From NCBI GenBank assembly GCA_034436475.1, contig DAOTUX010000275.1, positions 1 through 55,070 on the forward strand: 55,070 bases of DNA, read 5' to 3'. Positions 18,958 through 25,160 of the stretch are shown one piece after another. Origin of the DNA: Chloroflexota bacterium (lineage in GTDB: Bacteria > Chloroflexota > Limnocylindria > Limnocylindrales > CSP1-4). Below the pieces are notes generated by a model. It did not search any database. It saw only the letters and a program-made list of their open reading frames with translations, and was not told the DNA's origin. Numbering within the stretch: position 1 is the first letter of the stretch; each line of letters begins with the position of its first letter. A program made the translations under genes and the position numbers.

Positions 18958-19799
18958 GCGTGAGGCCAGAGTCCGACCCGGTGCTGGGGTTCCACGGCCC
19001 CCACTCGGTCATGTGGCGCATCAACCGCGAGGCCCTGCTGCTGGGCGCCGGACCGGCCGCGCTCCTGCTCCAGGTGGCCCACCCGCTGGTCGCCGAGGGC
19101 GTCGCGCAGCACAGCGACTTCCGGGCGGACCCGTTCGGGCGCCTCCGCCGCACCCTGCGAACCACACTCGACCTGGTGTTCGGGGACGGGCCCACCGCGG
19201 AGCGCGCGGTCCGCCGGTTGAACTCGGTGCACGCGACCGTCCGCGGGCAGGTCGGCATGGAGGCGGCTCGGTTGACCGGGGTCGCCAGCTACCGCGCGCT
19301 CGACCCCGAGCTGCTGCTGTGGGTCCAGGCGTCGCTCATCGTCACGAGCGTCGAGGCCTACCGACGCTGGGTTGGCGAGGTCACCGATGCGGAGGCCGAG
19401 GCGTTCTGGCAGGAGGCGCGGGGCGTTGGCACACGCCTAGGCATCCCGCTCCGCCTGAGCCCGACCGACTGGCCCGCCCTGCTGCGCTACTGGGACCGGA
19501 TGCTCGCCCCGGACGGACCGATCCAGGTGACATCCGAGGCACGCGCCATGGCACCGATGCTGGTGCGCCCACCCCTCCCCCTCGCGCCGGGTTGGGCGGT
19601 GGATGCGCTCGCCCTGCCCGGCCTGGCGCTCCTGCCACCCCGCATCCGCGACGCGTACGCGGTCGCCTGGGACGAGCGCCGTGAGCGCGCCGCGACGGCG
19701 ATCGCGGCCGGCGTCCGTGCCTGGGCGTCCATCGTGCCCACGCGGTTCCGGTCGCTGCCCGAGGCGCGTGCCGCGGACCAGAGGGTCAGGGGTCGCTGA
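18954..19799 (+). CDS. MpaB/DUF2236 family oxygenase-like protein
   Basis: GPHSVMWRINREALLLGAGPAALLLQVAHPLVAEGVAQHSDFRADPFGRLRRTL...RRLNSVHATVRG is the characteristic DUF2236 N-terminal pattern. Confidence 0.8.
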   Translation: MSVRPESDPVLGFHGPHSVMWRINREALLLGAGPAALLLQVAHPLVAEGVAQHSDFRADPFGRLRRTLRTTLDLVFGDGPTAERAVRRLNSVHATVRGQVGMEAARLTGVASYRALDPELLLWVQASLIVTSVEAYRRWVGEVTDAEAEAFWQEARGVGTRLGIPLRLSPTDWPALLRYWDRMLAPDGPIQVTSEARAMAPMLVRPPLPLAPGWAVDALALPGLALLPPRIRDAYAVAWDERRERAATAIAAGVRAWASIVPTRFRSLPEARAADQRVRGR

Positions 19800-21366
19800 A
19801 CACGCGCACGAGGGGCTCCGAGGCGTTGTTGGCGTCGTCGTATCCCACCACGCAGAGTCGGATGGGCGCGTCAGCTCGCTCCAAGAGCATCGGGAAGCCG
19901 CGGTACCCCTCGTAGCCGGTCGGGTCGGCGCAGTCGACGGCGTCAGCGGGGCCCCACTTCCAGTCGTACTGCGACAGGTCGGGTGCCATGTAGAGGGGCT
20001 CCACCATCCATCCCTCCTCCACCTCATGCGCGATGAGCTCGATGGGCGGGAGTGGGGGCGTCCGGTCGATGTACGCGCGCAGGACGGTCGGGAAGGCCGC
20101 GGACTGCCACGTCACATCGGTCCCGGTGCCCAGACCGCCAAGCAGGCACATCACGTGGCTGCCTTCCTCGACGGGCAGCGGCGGGTCCAGCAGCCGGTCA
20201 TCGGGGATCTCGACCGGCTCCCCGTACACGCGAGGGTCGTGGCAGTCGATCGTGCCGGCCCGCCCCTCAGCAAGCCGCATGGTCGTCTGCCCCGGGGCGG
20301 GCACGAGGTCGATGGCCCACGTCGATGGCGAGACGAACCCACCGGAGAGTGTCGTCGCGCCGGGATTGGCGGCAAGCGTCCAGTTCTGGACCTTAAGCCC
20401 GTCGCCGGGGTCCAGGGGACAGTCGGGGCCCGGCCCGACGAACCTCCAGGATGTGTCGAAGCAGCCGCCGAGCCATCCGACGCCCGGTCCGTAGACCGCG
20501 TCCTCGACGCTGACGAGGCGCTCGCCGCTGACCTCGCATGGCCGGCCCATCGAGCAGTCGGTGATGTCGCCGCTCCCCTGGGTCGTGGTGTTCACGAGTG
20601 CGACCAGCGTCCCGGCCTCCGGGTCGAACACCGGCGAGCCGGAACTGCCCGGCCGGATGTCGGCACAGTCGTTGGACGGGAAGCCGAACCAGGTCCAGCG
20701 CCATTCGAAGAGGTCGGTCGCGGGGCCCGCTGTGCATGCCGCGAGTCGCAGGATGCGACCACTGCCATCGAGGGAGCTCGGCCCACCCACGACCACGAGC
20801 GGGGCGCCCACGGCGGGAGCCTCCGCGAGCGGGTAGCCGTCGATGCCGTGGGCGACGAGGTCGGCGAGCGGGTCCGCCAACTCCACGATCGCGAGGTCCG
20901 TGCCCTTCATGGTCGCCCAGCGGATCGCCCTCACCGCGCTCGCGAACGGCAGGTCCGCGTCGGGCATGTCCGAGGCGGTCACCCCGAACCGTGCCAGGCC
21001 CATGCCCAGGCCCGCTCCGTCCACCAGCCCCTGGTCGCGGATGACGGTCGTGGCGTCGAACAGACCCACGCAGTGGCCGTTGGTGAGGACATACGCCGGG
21101 GCGTCGGCGGGGATCGGTCCGACACCGGGTCGGATGAGGACCCCGGAGCACGTGGATGCGATGTCCAGCAGTGCCACGCCGTCATAGGCCGCGACGGCAT
21201 CGCTGCCACCGTCCGCCACGGGGACCGAAGGGCCACCCGGGACTGCCCCGGCTGGTATCGGGAGCGCGCCCGTGACGGGCAGGGATGAGGGGGATGCGGC
21301 GTGGAGGGGCATGGATCCGAGGAGGAGCATGCCCAGCAGACCCAGCCCCAGCGCGCGTCCTCTCAC
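19786..21366 (-). CDS. Secreted trypsin-like (S1 family) serine protease with a Cys-containing C-terminal extension of about 270 aa
   Basis: GGGAGGG lies 6 nt before GTG 21366 (VRGRALGLGLLGMLLLGSMPLHAASP signal). His motif LTNGHCVG, Asp DLAIVEL, Ser GSSGSPVF. The track ORF continues to 22629, but that part is antisense to the KAS gene. Confidence 0.8.
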   Translation of the reverse strand: MRGRALGLGLLGMLLLGSMPLHAASPSSLPVTGALPIPAGAVPGGPSVPVADGGSDAVAAYDGVALLDIASTCSGVLIRPGVGPIPADAPAYVLTNGHCVGLFDATTVIRDQGLVDGAGLGMGLARFGVTASDMPDADLPFASAVRAIRWATMKGTDLAIVELADPLADLVAHGIDGYPLAEAPAVGAPLVVVGGPSSLDGSGRILRLAACTAGPATDLFEWRWTWFGFPSNDCADIRPGSSGSPVFDPEAGTLVALVNTTTQGSGDITDCSMGRPCEVSGERLVSVEDAVYGPGVGWLGGCFDTSWRFVGPGPDCPLDPGDGLKVQNWTLAANPGATTLSGGFVSPSTWAIDLVPAPGQTTMRLAEGRAGTIDCHDPRVYGEPVEIPDDRLLDPPLPVEEGSHVMCLLGGLGTGTDVTWQSAAFPTVLRAYIDRTPPLPPIELIAHEVEEGWMVEPLYMAPDLSQYDWKWGPADAVDCADPTGYEGYRGFPMLLERADAPIRLCVVGYDDANNASEPLVRVFSDP

Positions 21367-21444
21367 CTCGTCCCTCCCGGTCGCCCCTGTGGCCGTGTCG
21401 CCACGGGTACCATACCGATCGACCCAGCCGAGGAGCCTGCCACC

Positions 21445-22716
21445 GTGCCTGAACCTGACCTGTCCCGACGCGCCGTCGTCACCGGCGTCGGCGCCGTCAC
21501 CCCCATCGGCAACGACCACCCCACGTTCTGGGACAACCTCGTGGCCGGGACGAGCGGCGCCGGACCCATCACCAGCTTCGACGCCAGTGGCTTCGAAGTG
21601 CGCATCGCCGCCGAGGTCAAGGGCTTCGACCCTGCGACGGCCATGGACCGCAAGATGGCGCGCCGGATGAGCCGGTTCATCCAGCTGGGCATGGCCGCGG
21701 GGACCGAGGCAGTGCGTGACTCGGGGCTGGACTTCAGCGACTGGTCCCCCGAGCGGCGCGATCGCGTCGCCGTGGCGGTCAACACCAGCGGCGGTGGCCA
21801 GGAGCAGGTCATCGATGGCACCGCGGTGCTCCACGAGAAGGGCCCCCGCTTCGTGAGCCCCTTCGCCATCCCCGCCCTGTCGGGGTCCATGGCCGCATGC
21901 CAGCTGTCCATGGAGTATGGGCTCACGGGACCAGTCATCACCCAGGTCGCGGCCTGTGCGAGCTCGGTCATCGCGTTCCTGGACGGGCTGCGCATGATCC
22001 AGCGGGGCGAGGTGGATGTGGTGCTGGTCGGAGGGTCGGAGGCACCCCTGCTGCCGGTCGCGTTCGCGGCGCTCGCCAACATGGGGGCGCTGTCCAAGCG
22101 CAACGACGACCCGGCGCACGCGTCGCGCCCCTTCGACCGCGATCGTGATGGCTTCCTGTTCGGCGAGGGTGCCGGCGTGGTGGTCCTGGAGTCGGCGGAG
22201 CACGCGCTGGCACGAGGCGCGACGATCCAGGCGGAGGTCATCGGCGCGGCGCTGACCGCTGACGCGTTCCACATCTCGGCGCCCGAGCCCACCGGTCGAG
22301 GTGCCGCACGCGCCATGACCGAGGCGCTCCGCGACGCCGGCGTCGCGCCCGACGAGGTCGACTACGTCGTGGCCCACGGCACCTCCACGCCACTCAACGA
22401 CGTGACCGAGACTCGCGCCATCAAGCGCACCTTCGGGGATCATGCCTACCGCTTGGCGGTGAGCTCCCCCAAGTCGATGGTGGGCCATCTGCTGGGGGCC
22501 GCCGGGGTGATGAGCGCGCTGGCGGCGATCGGCGCCATCCGCGATGGCGTCATCCCGCCGACCATCAACCTCGAGCACCCCGACCTGCCGGAGTGCGACC
22601 TGGACTACGTCCCGAACGTCGCGCGTCACGCGCGCGTCGACACCGCGATCATCAACGGCTTCGGGTTCGGGGGCCAGAACGCGGTCGCGGTCTTCCGCCG
22701 CTTCGAGCTGCCATGA
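21445..22716 (+). CDS. Second beta-ketoacyl-ACP synthase II paralog
   Basis: GAGGAG lies 9 nt before GTG 21445. RRAVVTGVGAVTPIG, AACASS, HGTSTPLND and GHLLGAAG: the full Cys-His-His triad is present. Confidence 0.88.
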   Translation: MPEPDLSRRAVVTGVGAVTPIGNDHPTFWDNLVAGTSGAGPITSFDASGFEVRIAAEVKGFDPATAMDRKMARRMSRFIQLGMAAGTEAVRDSGLDFSDWSPERRDRVAVAVNTSGGGQEQVIDGTAVLHEKGPRFVSPFAIPALSGSMAACQLSMEYGLTGPVITQVAACASSVIAFLDGLRMIQRGEVDVVLVGGSEAPLLPVAFAALANMGALSKRNDDPAHASRPFDRDRDGFLFGEGAGVVVLESAEHALARGATIQAEVIGAALTADAFHISAPEPTGRGAARAMTEALRDAGVAPDEVDYVVAHGTSTPLNDVTETRAIKRTFGDHAYRLAVSSPKSMVGHLLGAAGVMSALAAIGAIRDGVIPPTINLEHPDLPECDLDYVPNVARHARVDTAIINGFGFGGQNAVAVFRRFELP

Positions 22717-22750
22717 CGCCGCCCGGGCGCCGTCCCGGCGTCGGGTGGCG
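22717..22750 (+). terminator. GC-rich hairpin directly after the KAS II paralog stop codon
   Basis: 22717-22732 pairs with 22736-22750: 13 Watson-Crick pairs, 2 G-U pairs, one bulged G (22725) and loop tcc. No U-tract. Confidence 0.4.
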
Positions 22751-22817
22751 CTCGCTCATCGGATAGCGCTCGGGCATCAGGTGGCGCTCGGCAACGGGAG
22801 TCGCTCGCCCTGCGACG
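22747..22817. repeat. Four degenerate tandem units of about 18 nt, each with a GCGCTCG core
   Basis: Cores are ggcgctcg at 22747, agcgctcg at 22765, ggcgctcg at 22783 and gtcgctcg at 22800 (spacing 18, 18, 17). They lie in the convergent spacer between the KAS II paralog and the thioesterase. Confidence 0.5.
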
Positions 22818-23297
22818 TCAGCCGCGGCGCGGGATCTCACGGCCCTCGAACCGCCCGAGGGCGTCCACGAGGTCCCGCGGCATGCGCGTGGGCCTCCCGC
22901 GCGCGAGGTCGTACATCACCTGGGTCGTGCCGCCGTCGGCGACCAGCCGGGCAGGCGCGATCGGACCGCCCTCGGAGACCACCCGGTACTCCATCCCGAA
23001 CGAGGAGCGTGAGACCCATGACACGCGCGCCTCGCACACGATGGGCTCGCCAAAGAACGCGGGCACCCGATACGTGATGTGCGCCTCGGCGATGACGAAG
23101 ATCGCGCGCGCGGCCTCAGGGCCGGTCCCGAACGGGTGCCCTGCCACCGCAGCGTAGTACCCGGCCCGGGCCGCCTCGAAGTAGCTGATGTAGACCGCGT
23201 TGTTGATGTGGCCCAGCGCGTCGGTGTCGACGTAGCGGACCTCGATGGGATGGCGATAGCCGAAGCCGCCCTCGGGCGGACGCGACCGAGCGGTCAG
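22818..23297 (-). CDS. Hotdog-fold acyl-CoA thioesterase (4HBT/YbgC-like), with a proposed CTG start
   Basis: The track ORF starts at GTG 23147. The same frame stays open upstream and encodes LTARSRPPEGGFGYRHPIEVRYVDTDALGHINNAVYISYFEAARAGYYAAV, the conserved N-terminal catalytic-Asp segment. No ATG, GTG or TTG lies between the upstream TGA and 23147. CTG at 23297 has AGGG about 8 nt upstream. Confidence 0.65.
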   Translation of the reverse strand: MTARSRPPEGGFGYRHPIEVRYVDTDALGHINNAVYISYFEAARAGYYAAVAGHPFGTGPEAARAIFVIAEAHITYRVPAFFGEPIVCEARVSWVSRSSFGMEYRVVSEGGPIAPARLVADGGTTQVMYDLARGRPTRMPRDLVDALGRFEGREIPRRG

Positions 23298-23372
23298 GTG
23301 TGACCCTCGACCATAGGCCCGTCCCGTAGGGTCGGTGCCATGTCGGTCCGGGACGGCAGCCGACGGCCGTGA

Positions 23373-23423
23373 CCCAGGGTCATTGGACCGTGCCGCCCAG
23401 GGTCATTGGACCGTGCCGCCCAG
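23373..23423. repeat. Perfect 23-bp tandem duplication (about 2.2 copies) spanning the sedolisin stop codon
   Basis: ccagggtcattggaccgtgccgc occurs at 23374-23396 and again at 23397-23419, then ccag at 23420-23423. The gene's stop (tca, 23403-23405) is duplicated at 23380-23382. Confidence 0.9.
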
Positions 23424-25160
23424 CGTCTCGATGACCGCGTCCGCGAGCACCGACACGACCGGCGAGCCGATGCCGGTCGCGGCATCCCACCCGGTGCCGG
23501 CGTTGTGCACGAGATTGCCTCCTCGGGCGACGTCGTGGAACGCCTCCGGGTGGCTGGCCTTGATCCGATATAGAAGGTCGTTCAGGAACCCGATGCGCTC
23601 GATGCCAGCGGCCTGGGCCTTCTGCTGGATGAGCGCCATGACCGCGGCCCACAACGGGGCGGAGGCGCTGGTGCCCCCGGTCCGCTGCCAGGCGCCCTCG
23701 CCTGTCTCCGGGTCCGTCTGGAAGATGAGATAGCCGGTCGTGGAGTCGGCCACGGCGGACACGTCCGGGCAGTGGCGGAAGTCGAGCGAGGGATCGATGC
23801 CGGCCACGCCCTGCTGGTACGCGGGCTTGGGCTCGAGGGGTCCGTCGGGCCCGGTGACGTTGTTGACGCCGCCGCCGCTGCCCTTGGTCGAGAGGAAGTC
23901 CTCCCAGCCTGTCTCTCGCAGGTATGTCCCGTCGGCATTCAACTCGAGCATGGTGCCGCCCACGCTCAGGGCGTGCTCGGAGCAGCTCGGGTAGTCGAGG
24001 ACGATGCGGTGGTCGGTCAGGTCGAACGGATGGCAGGCGAAGGCACCGTCGTCGCCTGACGCGACCATGAGCGTGACGCCCGCCTGGGCGGCGGCCTCCA
24101 GGCCTCGATGCAGGTCCGCGACCATGTCCAGGCTGACGTACGGATTCGCGTAGCAGCGACCGTAGGACAGCGACACGAACTGCGTCTCACCGGCTGCGAC
24201 GATGGCGTCCATGGCGGCCCCGAAGCTGGTGCCGCGGGCCGGGAACCCGTAGACGATGATCTGGGTCCCTGGCGCGACGGCCCGCACCACCTGGGTGTCC
24301 AAGGTCGCCTCGCCCGCGAAGCTGGCCGGCGCGTCGGGTGAGAGCCCACCGTTGACGGGGACCCGCTTCGGAGTGGGCCCGGTGAGGCCGAAGGTGGCGT
24401 CGAAGACCGCGAGGTCCTCGTCGGTGTCGAGACCGAACTGGAGGATGCCCACGCTGGTCCCGGTGCCGTCGATGCCCTGCGCCCACAGCGACTCGTAGTC
24501 GTAGGCACGTGCGAGGTCCTGTGGTGTGAGGCCCCGCGCCGGGATCGGCGGCGCGTCGGCCGGGTCGATGTGCGACATCGGCAGCCAGGGCGACAGGCCT
24601 GAGACCGCCGAGACGACGCCCACGAGCGCCTGCGGCACGGCCGGTGAGACCGACGTCGCGGGATAGGTCATACCGCTCCGGGGGTCCTGCCAGCGCTCGA
24701 TGGGCACGCCCAGGAAGCCGCCCACTGCCGCGGCGGTGCCCGAGACGGACAGACGGGTGCGCTGGGGTGGCATGGACACGGGCCGGATGCCTACCGTGTC
24801 AAGGATCTCGCGCACACGCGCAAGGGTCTCGTCCGTGGGCCCGAAGCGCAGCCCGATCTCCGCGGCGGTCAGGAACCGCCGATAGTCGGGCGAGGTCGGG
24901 TCATTGACGCTCGCGGCGAACCGCGCCGATGCGTCCGGGTCGCGTGCCGCGAGCACGAGGTCGAAGGCCACCTGCTCCGTGGGGTCCATGGGCCCCAGGT
25001 TGACCGGTGCCGGCACCTCACCCGAGAGCGTGGTGGCACCGGTCACGGCGGGACCCTGTGCGGTCGCTGGCATCGCGGCGGTCGCGAGGATGCCGGCCAG
25101 CAAGGCCACCAGCGACACGACGACGCCGGGGGCACGACGGATGAGCGGCTTGCGGGTCAC
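23403..25160 (-). CDS. S53 family peptidase (sedolisin/kumamolisin-like) with an N-terminal pro-domain and signal peptide
   Basis: GTG 25160 overlaps the upstream stop (GTGA). Signal VVVSLVALLAGILATAAMPATAQG. Pro-kumamolisin-like region (DPTSPDYRRFLTAAEIGLRFGP). Catalytic-type motifs AGEATLDTQ, ASGDDGA and GGTSASAPLWAAVMAL. Confidence 0.85.
   Translation of the reverse strand: MTRKPLIRRAPGVVVSLVALLAGILATAAMPATAQGPAVTGATTLSGEVPAPVNLGPMDPTEQVAFDLVLAARDPDASARFAASVNDPTSPDYRRFLTAAEIGLRFGPTDETLARVREILDTVGIRPVSMPPQRTRLSVSGTAAAVGGFLGVPIERWQDPRSGMTYPATSVSPAVPQALVGVVSAVSGLSPWLPMSHIDPADAPPIPARGLTPQDLARAYDYESLWAQGIDGTGTSVGILQFGLDTDEDLAVFDATFGLTGPTPKRVPVNGGLSPDAPASFAGEATLDTQVVRAVAPGTQIIVYGFPARGTSFGAAMDAIVAAGETQFVSLSYGRCYANPYVSLDMVADLHRGLEAAAQAGVTLMVASGDDGAFACHPFDLTDHRIVLDYPSCSEHALSVGGTMLELNADGTYLRETGWEDFLSTKGSGGGVNNVTGPDGPLEPKPAYQQGVAGIDPSLDFRHCPDVSAVADSTTGYLIFQTDPETGEGAWQRTGGTSASAPLWAAVMALIQQKAQAAGIERIGFLNDLLYRIKASHPEAFHDVARGGNLVHNAGTGWDAATGIGSPVVSVLADAVIETLGGTVQ

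Noticed and set aside
21367-22629. Upstream part of the 947-aa minus ORF (19786..22629)
   Set aside because: This part is antisense to a clearly recognisable KAS II gene. The protease has a good RBS, a GTG and a signal peptide at 21366, so the extension is an artefact.
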